Below, in pieces: positions 13,560-27,624 of a stretch of DNA of 64,000 nucleotides (its first letter is position 1; every line of letters starts with the position of its first letter). Source of the stretch: Mobula hypostoma (Eukaryota); contig NC_086097.1 in assembly GCF_963921235.1 (NCBI RefSeq), positions 171,928,001 through 171,992,000 of the forward strand. Reading direction: 5' to 3'. A model generated the notes under the pieces. That model saw nothing but the letters and a program-made list of their open reading frames with translations. It was not told the origin of the DNA and searched no databases. Both the position numbers and the translations under genes were made by a program.

Positions 13560-14015
13560 GAATGTTGCCAGGGTTGGAGGGACTGAGATATGGAGAGAGT
13601 TTGAATAGGTTGAGACTTCATTAGTGGGCAGAAACCGGAGAAGAGTTTGATATTATAAAGGTGTATGAAACCATGAAGGACATCAAAATGATGAATGCAG
13701 ACACTCGTTTTCCCAGGGTTGGGAAATCATAAACCTTGACGGTCAGAGGAGAGGTTCAATAGAAACCTGAGGGGCAAGGTTTTCAACCACGGAGTGGACT
13801 TTATATGGAATGAACTGCCAGAGAAGTGGTTGAGGCAGGTATGATTAAAAAAAAAACATTTAAAAGACACTTATACAGGGAAATGGGCAGGTAAGGTTTA
13901 AAGCGAACTGAGACAAATATGGGCAAATAGGACTTGATTGGATAGGAATCTTGGTTGGCATGGATTAACTGGGCTGAAGGGTGTGTTTCTGAGCTGCATA
14001 AATCTCTGACTATAT
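13560..14015 (+). mobile_element. Old CR1 3' fragment
   Basis: Decayed MLPGLEGLRYGESLNRL...WNELPE..VVEAG..FKRHL coding remnant plus CR1 3'UTR. Confidence 0.7.
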
Positions 14016-14321
14016 CACTATAGCATGTACCAACAAGCTTAAGGACAGCTTCTATCCCACTGTTATAAGGATTTTGAATGGACATCTCATACAATATAAA
14101 TGAACACTTAATCATAGCCCTTGCACTTTATTTGTCCATCGCTATTTGTCCATTTTCTCTATAGCTCTAACACTACATTCTGTATTCTGTTATTGTTTTT
14201 TTTTAACTTTTTGCTTTTGTACTGCCTCAAAGTTCTTATACTGTATATGGCATATTCTGTCTGGATAGAATGCAAACAAAAGTTTTACTTGTGACAACAA
14301 TAAACTAGTTACCTATTACTA

Positions 14322-14910
14322 TGTAACGCGCTGTAAGGTTTCACTGCTAATGTAATGGCCTCTCTGTAATGTTTCACTCCTAAGGTAATGGCTTCTCTGT
14401 AGCAGCAATGTTTGGGTTATGACTAGAGATAGCGGGAGCTTTGGAATGTGTGCTATCCAATGAGAGGGATGTTGCTCTTTCTTGTGGGTCTGGGAGCAGG
14501 GATTTCATGGTCTTTTGTTGGGGAGAGATGAGGAAAGAAGACACGAATGGAGAGAATTAGTAGACTGCCGGGCAGAGTGGACTTGGAGAGAGGGTCTGAG
14601 GGTCAGCTATGCGCGGCGGAGGGCGACAGGGAACAAATAAATGGAACCATGAGCTCCAGCGTTGTGCATTAGACTTTCATGAGAATGGGCCCTTTTCTTT
14701 TCTGTTTCTTTACTAACCATATAGTCAAATTAAGAATTATAAAGCTCAATTGTTTAATTGCATATTGTCTACTGTTTTGTTATTTCATGCTACTGATATG
14801 TAACAGGGGAACACATCACACAGCATCCACCCAAACAGGATTTTCTAAGTTTTGCCGGGCCGAGAACTGTCTTCCCCTGGATTAAGCTGCTAGCCGAACT
14901 GAAAGTTACA
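14322..14910. mobile_element. Solo LTR (gypsy/ERV-type)
   Basis: TGTAAC...GTTACA termini and 4-bp TSD ACTA (14318-14321 / 14911-14914); 589 bp. Confidence 0.8.
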
Positions 14911-17604
14911 ACTATAATTGAAAAGAAAGCAGGGAACCACTTTGTAACCTTCAAACCACAGACAGGAGAAGATAACAGTAACAAAACTGTTCATGAAGAT
15001 AGCCATTCAGAGCTTTTTTGGCATTTCACCTTCAATACATTTTTTTCCATAGATCTTGAGAGTGAAGATCTTGAGGGTCTTGTAATGATTTGTTCTATCA
15101 GACACTAATGCACATGTTAAAGATTTAAGTGGATCACAGGACTTCTTTGTAAATCTTCCATCGGACAGACTTTAGAATATATTTTTTAAAAAGTTGCCCG
15201 AGATTAATTTTTTAAAAATTGAAGTGTAAAGTTGAAGGAAAATGTTTTGAAAAACTGATGGTTTAAGAATTTGGCACACAACAGAGTTGCTGAATTGTGG
15301 CTAAGGAAAAATTGCTTATTGATATGCCAAGCAATTCGGCCAACATCTGCTATTGCTACAGCTGCACTTTAGAAGTTAATTTCAAGAAATGCCAACCAAC
15401 AGCTGATTGAGATCGTGATGTCTTTAAAACAGATATGTAATTTAAATATGTGAAATAAACTTTCCCTTTCTTCTCCAGGCCAAGACTATTCTAATATTAT
15501 GTACAATTCACACATAAAAGTAGTTTGAAAAAAGGCATGAAAATGCTTCAGGAAACTATAAATATGTTAATCTGACATTGTGAAAAAGATCTAATTAAAA
15601 TAAAGTATTTCTTCCTCTAGTATCCTTCCATAAGACTTTTTGCATGTTAATGTTTGGAAAGAATAAGGATTCAGACCATGAAAGTTGAAATATTGTGGTG
15701 GACCTGCCTGCTGAAGGTACGTGTTGAGACAGTTCAGAGAGAGAATAATGAAGCAGTATGTTCCCATGAGTAATAAAAATGTCCTTTCATTATTAATCAT
15801 GTTTATGCAAGAAAGAAGAGTGTTATTAGCATCTGCACAAATATACATATCAATTAATGGATTCAAAGCAGAAATATGACTTAATTATGTATTCATATTA
15901 ACTGTGCACAGTTTCTTCACATCATGCACTGTACTGCATCATATTATTCAGAACCCACATATCCAGTTCTTAATTCTTCTTTGGGGTGAAACATCTGCCT
16001 GTCAAGACACCTCAGAATTTTGTTTCTCATAAAGTCTCATTGTTTCACATTCTTCTGAAATTCACTGAGAACAGATGAAATCTGCTCAAAGCTTCTTCAA
16101 AAGACAATTCATTTCATCCCAGGAATTTAACCAGAAAACGTTCTCTGAGCTGCCTCTATTGCAGCTTACTTGCCTCCTTAACTTCTTGAACTATGAAATT
16201 AAACGATGAAGAAAAATAAAGGAGAACTCTTCAAGCAAAAATCTGATACTCAAAGAGAGGCAAAGGGATTGGGAGAAAGTTTCTCCTCCAGTTTTTGCTT
16301 CTTAATCACATCATATCAACTCCCTCCACTCCTATGGACCATCTGAAGCTCTGGAATTTCCTCCCTGAATTACCTCAACTTCCAAACTCTCACTCCCCAG
16401 TAAGATGCATCTTAAATTTTCAACTGATTTTTTTCATTGCTTTCTCAAAGTCCGCTTGTTTTGCTTAGAACCGATCTTCTGTTTTGGTTATACCTCTGTA
16501 GGTAACTTGGAATGTTTTTACTGTATTAAATGGCAGTTGCTCTTAAATTTAAGTACATTCAAATACCTCATAATTATTCTCCAGGTAAGAACAGTTTCAA
16601 GCAGACTTTTTCTAGAATGGAACAATTAAGATCACTGTAGCATACATCCCTTATTAAAAAGGTGCTTACACTGTTAACTGCCAGACCTGAGCTTAACTGG
16701 TAATTAACAGACAAAAGTAGTAATTCCATGAAAATCATGGGGAGATTTTTCAGTGTAATTATCAGTCTTACTTTTCCAGATTGGGTTCATACTAGAACAT
16801 CTGCTTCAGTAATCACAGACAAAATATTCTGTTTCGCACAACTATGTAGGCATGGCAGGTTAAATGACTCAGAAAAGCTGACACAGTCTCCAGGAAAGTC
16901 ATGTAACTGAAAATTGCCACCTGCAAGAGGCAGTAAGCAAGACTATGAGCAAGTTGCTTTTAATCCATGTAGAATGTCCATTTGAGGATCATTGCCCTGA
17001 AGTATTAACTATGTTTCTCCACAGATGCTGCCTGATTTGTTGCTTATTTCCAACATCTTCTCCATTTTCTCTGGAAGTTCAGGAATTTTGAAACTTACAG
17101 GCTTCCCAGGTTATGAACACCTGACCTATAGACATCCATAAGTACAAACAAACTCCTATAAGCATTATTAAATTGAAATGATATTCAGTCTTTTTACCTC
17201 AAGCCTATCAAAACCAGCCATGAAGCATGGGGCATCATCATTCAGTACCACTTGAACTAGGCAGAGGAAGAAAATATATAAATGTTCACGTTAATTGGTA
17301 CTCATCAACATCATTCATTACAATACCATTGCAAGAGGTTTTGTGCACTTCCCAACTTGCAGACAACTTATTGACCTATGGACATTTAGAAACATGGAAC
17401 GCATTGGTAACCGGAATGCAGCCTGTTTCAATTTTTCTGCAAGGGATAAAAGCCAGTGTTTTGTGCATGGCAAAGTGTGAGTGTAATGGGGCATTGATAT
17501 ATCACCATTTAAACTGTAGGTGTTTCTCACAACATATTTTGAACACTGTCAGCACTGCCTTTTGTCAGTGAAGGAAAAGGGTACTGGAGGACCAAGTCCT
17601 CAGA

Positions 17605-18640
17605 AATGACAATAAGTCCTATTCACTTCACTTATGATTGTGAAGGTAAGTACAGCTCCAATGCCATATTTAAGTTTGCTGATGATATCACTGTCATTGG
17701 GCAAATCAGAGGTGGTGAGAAATCAGCATTTAGGAGGGAGACTGAAAATCTGGTTGAGTGGTATCACAACAACAACCTCTCACTCAATGCCAGCAAGACC
17801 AAGAAGTTGACTATTGACTTTAGGAGAAGGAAACCAAAGGTCTTTGAGCCAGTCCTCACCAGGGATCAAAGGGGGAAAGGATTAGCAACTTTATATTCCT
17901 CAGTGTTATCATTTCAAAAGATCTGTCCTCCATCCAGCCATTATGAAAAAGCATGACTTCACCTTTACTTTCATAGACATTTGCGAAGTTTGCTTTGTCA
18001 TCTAAAAATTTGACAAATTTCTATCGATGTGCAGTGGAGAGTACGTTGACAGATTACATCACGGCCGGATATGGAAACACCAATGCCCTTGAATGGAAAA
18101 ACCTACAAAAAATAGTGGATACAGCCCAGTCCATCACAGTAAAGCCCTCCCCACCATTTATCATACAGTACATGGAGTGCTGTTGCAGAAAAGCAGCATC
18201 TTTCAAGACCCTCTCCCCATCCAGGTCATGCTCACTTCTCACTGCTGCCATCAGGAAGGAGGTACAAGACCCACACCACCAGGTTCAGGAACAGTGATTA
18301 CCCCTCAACCTTCCTGCTCTTGAACCAGTGGAGATAACTTCACTCAACTTCAGTCACTCCATCACCGAACTGTTCCCATGACCTTCAGACTCACTTTCAA
18401 GGACACTTCATCTCATGTTCTTAGTATTTATTGCCTATTTATTTATTTACTTATTATTCTGATTTTTTTTCTCTTTTATTTTCACAGATTGTTGCATTTG
18501 TATGTTTGTTGCTTGGCCATCTTATTGCGTGTAAATTTTCAGTGAATCTATTGTTTTTCTTTGTGTTTACTGTGAATGCTCACAAGAAAATGAATCTCAG
18601 GCTTGTACGTGGTGACATATATGTGCTTTCATAATAAATT
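17605..18640 (+). mobile_element. Old Rex1/Babar LINE fragment
   Basis: IFKFADDITVIG..NNLSLNASKTKKLTIDFRR and NFYRCAVESTLT, followed by a 3'UTR. Confidence 0.85.
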
Positions 18641-18644
18641 TACT

Positions 18645-19045
18645 TTTTTTTGAATGTTGGTGTACTGGGCGGCAGAGATTCCTGCCCTCCTGTATGCCTC
18701 AGAGACCTGGATTACTTACAACAGGCACCTCAAGGCACTGAAAAGACACCAGCAAGTGCCGCCACTGCTAAGTCATCCAGATAAGCAAACCATCACCAGT
18801 ATCCTCTTTATGGCAAGATTGTCAGCACTGAAGCCTAGTTACTATCAGATGGTTAAGCCAGACCCTCTAGGTCATTCACATACCCAGCAGCAGACTTCCA
18901 AACAAGACTCTTTATTCTGAGACATGAAAGCGAATTACCAAGTGTACAGAGAAAAATATTCCAGGCTATGCTCAAGGAAGTGCAACTTTCCCACTGATGC
19001 TTGGGAACTGCTATCCTGTGACCACCCAAGGTGCAGAAGAAGCAA
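18645..19045 (+). mobile_element. Old RTE-clade LINE C-terminal fragment
   Basis: VYWAAEIPALLYASETWITYNRHLKAL resembles the RTE motif VYxAVVIPTLLYGSETW. Confidence 0.65.
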
Positions 19046-19625
19046 TCAAGATAGTAACTGGTTTATTATTGCCACAGGTACTGTGGTACAATGAAAAGCT
19101 TTTGTTTTCATGCCGTTCAGAGCATTCCCTACCTTGAGGCAGTACAAAAGGAAAGAAAAAGAATGTAAAATATAATGCTGCAGTTCTATTGAAAGTGTAG
19201 TGCGTGGAGACAAATGAAGTGCAAGGGCCATGATCTGGTAGACTGGGAGATCAAGAGTTTATCTTTATTGTACAAGAAGTTAGTTCGAGAGTCTGATAAC
19301 AGCAGGATAGAAGTTGTCCTTAACTCTGGTGATGCATATGCTGAAGTTTTTGTTCCTTCTGCAGAGAGGGAAGAAAAGGGAATGACAATCGGGGCAGCAG
19401 TCCTTGATTGTGCTGGCTGCTTCACTGAGGCTGGGCAGGAAAGGTAAACAGAGCCAATGGCAAAGAGGCTGTTTTTTTCTGATAGACTGAGCTCCATCTA
19501 CAACTCTCTGAAATTTCTTGTGGCCCTGCACAGAGCAATTGCTATGTCAAACAGAATATTACATTGGTGTATCTGTAAAATATGGTGCACTGGAGACAGG
19601 CTGAATTTCCTCAGCCTCCTGAGAT
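19046..19625 (-). mobile_element. Old Rex1/Babar 3' fragment
   Basis: HKKFQRVVDGAQSI...AASTIKD...RVKDNFYPAVIRL. Confidence 0.75.
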
Positions 19626-22004
19626 AATAGATGCCTCAGATATGGAGAGATAGCTACCCAGAGTGCATTGTGTTTATTTTTATGCTTAAATTCAGTGTGG
19701 CAGGAATGTATTTACTGCTGAATGATAGCAGAAACAATTTAGCTGAATTGATAATCAATGACAGATGTTCAGATGTTTATTCACATGCCAGCTGTTCTGT
19801 ATGGCAGAATTCAGCAGGGTGAATTAATTCTTGTATCCTTGATCAGACTGCTGGGCAGCAGGAAGTGCAGGCTTCTTGTCAGCAAGAAGTCCATGAGCCA
19901 GGAGGGTTGGTCGGTACCATCTGAGGGGAATAATGCTCATACAGATTTTTGGCAAGGTGTACATCTCTAGAGTTAGAAAATATGGGATAGCATTGCACCA
20001 GTGGTAGCTTTATTTACTTCAAATAAGTAATCACTTTTTGTACATATTCCATATTAACATCAGTACAGCAGAAAATGTTACCCCACCCCCCAAAAGGTAA
20101 AAAACCTCATTTGGAGAGATTTCTGTTTTATCAATGTCATGGTATTTTCCATATTGTTATATCAAATCAGAACAATCCTAAGCTTTTGTCATAGCATATA
20201 GAATTACAGTACAATAATTCAAATGTGGAGTTCCACATGGCTATAACCTAGGCCCCATTTGGTTGTAAAATGAACATATTTAATCAAAGACTGCTTTCCA
20301 TACTTTGTTTTCCATACTTTCATAACCTATTAATAATCATAATAATTTTCCATCTTCCCCGTCTTCCACATCTTCATCTGAACTTTCCACACTCTCTGAG
20401 ATGGATGCCTGGTTCTCACAGTCTGCCAGTCTACACAATATTTCAAAACAGCTGAGCATATAGCATGCTCCACACTGATCTTACTATCCTCAACATACTT
20501 TTCCTTGACACAGAGTACTCATTTAAGATGCGGCTTACATCCTCTACCTTCAAGCACACCACCCGTCCTTTCAATTGAGAGGAACTGTTTCTATTGGCAG
20601 AGGGTCAAAACCACAGGATGTAGAATGAAGGTGAACCACAATAGAACTGAAAATGACAACAGGAGCTGTGTCCATCCATAGTGAGAGTTTGTGTCCTGGA
20701 ATGCAGCGACAAGGAAGGCAGATTAATTTATGGCTTTAAAAGCCAGATGGATTGCATCAGAACTTGCAGGGCTTTGTGGACAGGGCAGGGAGCAGACTAG
20801 CTGGACTACAGTTATATGCATCCAGTATGGCAGCGACTGTTCCGTGATTTTGTGTTAATACAGCTGCACACAATGATTATGTTATACTCACCACTGAAAG
20901 CAATTTTGCTCAGAAAATGCATTGAAAGAAGAAACTCTCTCCAGTATCATCAGAAAGATAAATGAAATGTAACCCTCTGCACACATTATCTGGTACAAGG
21001 CAGATTCATTGATTGTCCGAGCATGAATAACCTTGACAATCAGAAGAAAGCAGAAAGAAGTGATTGCAAATGTATTCCAATTGAGTGAGGGTGAAAACAA
21101 TCTCCTCAGTCAGCTGACTGCCCCAACCCATCTGAGAACTGTGCTTCCGAGAAGTGGTTCATTGGCTGATGCACCTCCTTTATAATCCATGCCCTTAGAC
21201 TTCCTTGTGGTGCACTGTGTGTCTTGATACTTTCCATATCCCTCCTGAGCATTACCCAGGATGGGATCGTGTTGCATCACTTCCATTTAAGTAGCACATC
21301 ACAGGAAAACACTGGTGCATCCAAAGGAAACCCACAAGGTTAATTGGCCTCTGAAAATTGTTCCTAGCACAGATGAGAGGTAGGGCAACAGGAGAGTTAA
21401 TTGGAAAAGGTCACAGAGAAAATTGTTAGGAGTGTGGTAGAAATGCTCTCAGAGCTAACATGGGCTCAATGGGCCAAATGGTCTTACACAAAGATGTAAG
21501 GAAATATGAAGGCTTTTGCCAGATAAAGGACAGTCAGAGCAGAGTAATAGAATGGCAGACGATGGGAGTTAGGGGATCATCCAGCTGTGCTGTTATTGAT
21601 TAGTGGAACTAGCTCAGAAGACTGAAAGGTTTACACAGAGATACAAGAGATCCTGAAAATGCCGGAAATCTTCATCAAAATGTACAAAATTGCTGGAGGA
21701 ACTTAACAGGTCAGGCAGTATCTCTGATGGGAAATGAAGAGTTTCCTCCTTTCCCAATGTCTTTGTTGGATCACTGGAATCTTTGTTGCTTATGTTGGAT
21801 CACTGGAACCTTTGAAATAGCATTTCCATAGATTCCGCTTGAGAGCTGTTACAATGTGGTCGTGTTCCTGAACTAGATTCAAGATTCAAGCTTGTTTATT
21901 GTCATTCTCCAGTACACAGGGTGTAAAAGAGAATGAAAATATTGTTACTCCAGATTCTAAACAGCATTAATTGCTCACAATAGGCATTAGGAACCCAAAA
22001 GGCA

Positions 22005-22611
22005 GGAGGAGAGAGAGCAGCGCGCCACATATGCGCAGCCCTCTGGTGAAAAATGATATTGTATCTGTTAAATAGGGGCTGTGGACAATTCTGATTTGAT
22101 GGAGATGGACGTGAAAGCACAGAGGAACATCTGGAGAAATTTCTGAAACGCTCGTTCACTGCTGTCGTTACTGCTGGGTCGGGAATCTTCCGGAGGGAAG
22201 GCCTCAAAATCCCTGGCTTTGCCTGATGTTGGCGACCGAGATTGAGGTCGAATCGTTCGGACAGAGATGGCACTCAGTACTCGGTGTCAGAGAGCTGATT
22301 CGGAGGCTCGAAGTTTTCAGATTGTGGTCGGGCATGGCAGAGAGAGTTTTTCTTCCTTCTCCCGTCTGCGTGAGATGTGGGACATTTGAGAGACTTTGAA
22401 TTTTTTACTGTGCTCATGGACTTCTTCATCAAGTTATGGTATTGTTGCACTGTTGTAACTATATGTTATAATTATGTGGTTTTGTCAGTTTTTTCAGTCT
22501 TGGTCTGTCCTGTGTTTTGTGATATCACACCGGAGGAAATAGTGTATCATTTCTTAATGCATGCATTACTAAATGGCAATAAAAGAGGACTGCGTGTCTT
22601 CATAATCTAAT
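22005..22611 (+). mobile_element. Non-coding retroposon family X, copy 1
   Basis: Colinear with 23361-23992 and 43617-44262; ends AATAAAAGAGGACTGCGTGTC..(TAATC)n. Confidence 0.85.
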
Positions 22612-22669
22612 TAAAAAACATTTAAAAAACACAATAAATATATACAGGACAGGAGTGAAGTAGATTAGC

Positions 22670-24058
22670 TGTTTGAGTAATGTTGCAATAACACCCTTGC
22701 TCTCAGTGTCAGTACGACCAAGGAATTGGTTGTGGTCTTCAGGAAGGGAAGTTGAGTGAACACACACCAGTTTTCATCAATGATCAGCAGTGGAAAAGGT
22801 GAGCAGTTTCATGTTCCTGGGTGTCAACATCTCTGAAAATCTATCCTGGGGCCAACATATTGATGCAATTACAATGGCATGGCAGCAGCTATATTTCATT
22901 TGGAATTTGAGGAAACTTGATATTTCACCAAAGGCTCTCAAAAATTGCTACAGGTATACCACGGAGAGCATTCTAACTGGTTGCATCACTGCCTGGCATG
23001 GAGGAGCCACTGCACAGGATCAGAAAAAACTAACTGCAGGACGTTGTAATTTCATCATGTTTACCAGCCTTCCCAGCATCAAAGGCGATGCCTCAAGAAG
23101 GTGACATCCATCATTAAGGACCCCCATCCCCTCCTCTCATTACTGCCATCAGGGAAAAGGTATAGGAGCCGGAAGACATATTCAACGTTTCAGGAACAGC
23201 ATCTTCCCATCTGCCATCAAATTTCTGAATGGACAATGAACCCATGCATACTATTTTCATTCTCTTTTTTTTGCATTACTTAATTAATTTAGTTTTTATA
23301 TACACTGTGTATTTCTTATTGTAATAGATAGCATTTTTAGTATTATATATTACATTATACAGGGAGGAGAGGATGTCGGCACGACGCAGCACGCACAGCC
23401 TCTCTGGTGAAATGATATCGTATTTGTTAAATAGGGTACCGTGCACAATTCTGATTTGATGGAGACAGCCGTGAGAAGCACGGAGGAACATCTAGAGAAA
23501 CTTCTGAAATGCCCGGTTCGTTGCCGCTGCTACTGTGCGATCGAGAATCTCCGGAGGGAAGGCCCCAAATCCTTGGCTTTGCCTGCTGTTGGTGGCCGGG
23601 GCTGGGGTCACAGCGCACAGCAGAGATGGTGCTTGGTGCTAGGTGTCAAAGGGCTGGTTGGAGGCTCGATGTTTTCGGATGACTCAGAGTCGGACTCTGG
23701 TCGGGCATGGCAGGGAGCGTTTTCTTCCTTTTCCCGTCTGCGTGAGATGTGGGACTTTCGAGAGACTTTGAACTTTTTTTTACCGTGCCCATGGCCTGTT
23801 CTTCATCAAGTTATGGTATTGCTTGCACTGTTGTAACTATATGTTATAATTTTGTGGTTTTTGTCAGTTTTTCAGTCTTGGTCCGTCTTGTGTTTCTGTG
23901 ATATCACACCGGAGGAATATTGTATCATTTCTTAATGCATGCATTACTAAATGACAATAAAAGAGGACTGCGTGTCCTCATAATCTAATCTAATTATACT
24001 GCTGCTGAGAACAACAAATTCCACAACATATGCCAGTGAATTTAAACCTGATTTTGAA
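22670..24058 (+). mobile_element. Old Rex1/Babar fragment (interrupted by family X copy 2)
   Basis: EKVSSFMFLGVNISENLSW, ESILTGCITAWHG and LLPSGKRYRS. Confidence 0.75.
23361..23992 (+). mobile_element. Non-coding retroposon family X, copy 2
   Basis: TSD ATTATAC (23354-23360 / 23993-23999) and (TAATC)n tail. Confidence 0.88.
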
Positions 24059-24539
24059 ATATAACAGCAATCCTATAAAACACAATGTATAAGCAACTGT
24101 TATATACTGTGCACAGACTGAATGTATGTACATAAATTGATACTAGGTGGCATCACATCTAGCTTCAGAATAAATAGGTTAACTCTCAACCACATTAAGA
24201 TTAGACTGACTGGAAATGTAGCCAAACAATGATGTATCCCAACCTCATGCCTGAAAGTAGTAGCAATGATGGAAAAGAGCAAGTTAGAGTTTAATTTCAC
24301 TCGACCAGAAATATATATTTAATGTCATTAAAATGTGATCCTTTTTAATACATTTAACCGAAGCTGTAAATGGTTTTGTTAATGAAACAACTGTTGAACA
24401 CTCATTTGAATTTCGTACCAATAAGATAAAATGAGATTCTAAGCTGATCCATTATTTGCGTGTCATCACTTATAATGTGCAGTGCCAATGTGTTATGCAT
24501 CTTCAATTATCATTCACGGGTCATGAGTTTTCGCTCACA

Positions 24540-24790
24540 AGCCTTGCTAATTCACAGCCATTCCTAATTGCCTTTGAGAAGGTGGTGATGAGCCTCCTTC
24601 TTCAACCACTGCACTCCTTCCAGGATTCGACTTCGAAGGACTGGCGATGCATTTCCAACTCAGACTGGTTTATGACTTGAAGGGGAGCCCGCAGATCATG
24701 ATGTTCACATGTGACTACTGCCATTGTCCTTGATGGTAGAAACTGCAGGTTTGAGAGTTTGCTGTCAGCATTGTTTGGACAAGTGATATT
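24540..24790 (-). mobile_element. Ancient L2/CR1-group LINE 3' remnant
   Basis: Minus strand reads ...QWLKKEAHHHLLKGN*, a LINE ORF terminus recognised from memory. Confidence 0.45.
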
Positions 24791-24929
24791 TTCTAACTAT
24801 TACACAAGTACAGCTATGCTGGTGAAAATAATCAGCATTCTCCCTGATTAAGATATTTAAATTGGTTGAAATGTTGGACTGTAAACAGGTCCTTTGATGC
24901 GTGAAATCTATTGAAAAAGAGGGTTACCT

Positions 24930-25350
24930 TAGCGTTAAATTTAAGGAGTGACTGGATAGGTAGGGGTTATTTTCCCTGAAACACAAGAGGCTGTGAGTGA
25001 CCGTGTAGAGGTATATAAAATCAGGAGGGACATAGATAAGGTGTACAGTCACAGTCTTCTCCACAGGGTAGTCTTAAACTAGATATCATAGGCTTACTGT
25101 AAGAATGGATAGATTTAAATGAGACCTGAGGGTCAAGATTTTCAGAGTGATGAGAATATGGAATGAACTGCCCAGAGAAAGTGGTAGAAATGTATACAAC
25201 TGCAATATTTAAAAAAAACATTTGCACAGGTTCATCAATATAAAGTTTAGAGAATACGGGTCAAATATAGGGAGATGGGGCTTGCTTAGATCGACATCCT
25301 GGTCAGCATGTGTGAGTTAAGCTAACAGTCCTGTTCTTGTCTGTATTACT
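24930..25350 (+). mobile_element. Old CR1 3' fragment
   Basis: Decayed LDRxGLFSL..EVYKI..IWNELP..VVE remnant and 3'UTR. Confidence 0.65.
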
Positions 25351-25640
25351 TTTGCAACTTGTGTGCAGAGATGATGTCATGATGTATTGCACACCTTGGA
25401 TAATAGCTATCAGGCAATGGAAAGGGCCCAAAGTGCTACTGAGATTGAGGGGTCAATCAAAATTACCAAGGCTATGGTTCACATTAAATATACTGTAACT
25501 GTACAGCTGACCTTATCCCACAGTCCTGCTATAAGCAACGCATTACACATACTATGGTCTCATTATAAACAAAAGAGATTCTGCAGATGCTGGAGATCTT
25601 GAGTCAGCCTCCACCCACCCAAGCCTCCCACACCTCCATC

Positions 25641-27150
25641 CAAGTCAAGTCAAGTCAAGTCAAGTCGCTTTTTATTGTCATTTCGACCATAAACTGCTGG
25701 TACAGTTCACAGTAAAAATGAAACAACACTTCTCCAGGACCCTGGTGCTACAGGAAACAACACAAATCTACATTAGACTAAGTGAGACAACACAAGGCTA
25801 CACTAGACTACATAAGACAACAAAAAAACTACACAGGACTACATAAAATGCACAAAACAGTGCAGGGCAGTACAATAAATAATAAAAAAGAGAATAGGCA
25901 CAGTAGAGAACAAATTACGATATAATAATAAATTATGTAAATGTCAGTCTAGTCTCTGGGTATTAAGGAGTCTAATGGCTTGGGGGAAGAAACTGTTGCA
26001 CAGTCTGGTCATGAGAGCCCGAATGCCTTTTGCCAGATGGCAGGAGGGAGAAGAGTTTGTATGAGGGGTGTGTGGGGTCCTTCACAATGCTGTTGGCTTT
26101 ACGGATGCAGCGTGTAGTGTAAATGTCTGTAATGGTGGGTAGAGAGACCCCGATGATCTCAGCTGACCTCACTATCCGCTGCAGGGTCTTGCGATCTGAG
26201 ACAGTGCAATTCCCAAACCAGGCAGTGATGCAGCTGCTCAGGATGCTCTCGATACATTCTCTGTAGAATGTGGTGAGGATGGGGGGTGGGAGATGGACTT
26301 TTCTCGGCCTTCACAGAAAGTAGAGACGCTGCTGGGCTTTCTTGGCTACGGAGCTGGTGTTAAGGGACCAGGTGAGATTCTCCGCCACGTGAACACCAAG
26401 AAATTTGGTGCTCTTAACGATCTCATACGGAAGAGCCGTCAATGTTCAGCGGAGAGTGGTCGCTCCGTGCTCTCCTGAAGTCAACAACCATCTCTTTTGT
26501 TTTGTTCACATTCAGAGACAGGTTGTTTGCTCTGCACCGGCCCGTTAGCCGCTGCACCTCCTCTCTGTATGCTGACTCATCGTTCTTGCTGATGAGACCC
26601 ACCATGGTCGTGTCATCGGCGAACTTGATGATGTGGTTTGAGCTGTGTGTTGCAGCACAGTCGTGGGTCAGCAGAGTGAACAGCAGTGGACTGAGCACAC
26701 AACCCTGGGGGGCGGGGGGGGCCCGTGCTCAGGGTAATGGTGTTGGAGATGCTGCTCCCGATCCAGACTGACTGAGGTCTCCCAATCAGGAAGTCTAGGA
26801 TCCAATTGCAAAGGGAGATGTTCAGGCCCGGCAGTTTCAGCTTTCCAATCAGGTGCTGATGAAAGATTGTGTTGAATGCTGAACTGAAGTCTATAAACAG
26901 CATTCGAACGTACGTCTTTTTTGTCCAGGTGGTTGAGGGCCAGGTGGAGGGTGCTAGCGATGACGTCGTCTGTTGAGCAGTTGGGTCGGTACACGAACTG
27001 CAGGGGGTCCAGTGAGGGGGGCAGCAGGGTCTTGATGTGCCTCACGACAAGCCTCTCGAAACACTTCATGATGATGGATGTGAGTGCAACGGGACAGTAG
27101 TCGTTGAGGCAGGACACTGAAGACTTCTTCCGCATGGGGACGATCCACAC
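25641..27150 (-). mobile_element. Rex1/Babar LINE, 5'-truncated
   Basis: [53 protein letters not shown] and LLPSGKR, with frameshifts. (CAAGT)5 tail at 25641-25665. Confidence 0.92.
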
Positions 27151-27470
27151 ATTCAGCCACAGGTACTTCCTTTCATCCCACACCGCTCTTCTATACCTCC
27201 ACTCCTCCCTCCCACACCTCTACCCACCCAAACATGCCACCTCAAGCTGCTCCCTCCCAAAACTCCACCTCCACCCTCCCAAACACTTCCACCTGACTTC
27301 CACCATTGGTCCCAGTGAATGATCCATGACGCCGAGCTGTGTATTCAGAAGCACTTCATCCAGATCCTATACATCACTGAGTTGCTCACTCACTACCAAC
27401 CTGGATTGAAAAGATGAGGTACTCTATTTTTTTGTAAATTTTAATTCCAATAGTGTTCAATTAACATATA

Positions 27471-27624
27471 CAGGTCGACCTTCACTAATCTGACTACCTG
27501 TAATCCGGTTCCTTCGATAATCTGGCACTGATTATACTTACTGTGATCCTTCTGTAATTCGGTATTTTCACTAATCCGGCACTCCTCAGGTCCCAATGGT
27601 GCCAGATTAGTGAAGGTCGACCTG
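27471..27624. mobile_element. Tc1/mariner-superfamily MITE (Tigger/pogo-like)
   Basis: Perfect 22-bp TIR CAGGTCGACCTTCACTAATCTG, TA on both sides, internal repeats of TAATC(C/T)GG; 154 bp. Confidence 0.88.
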
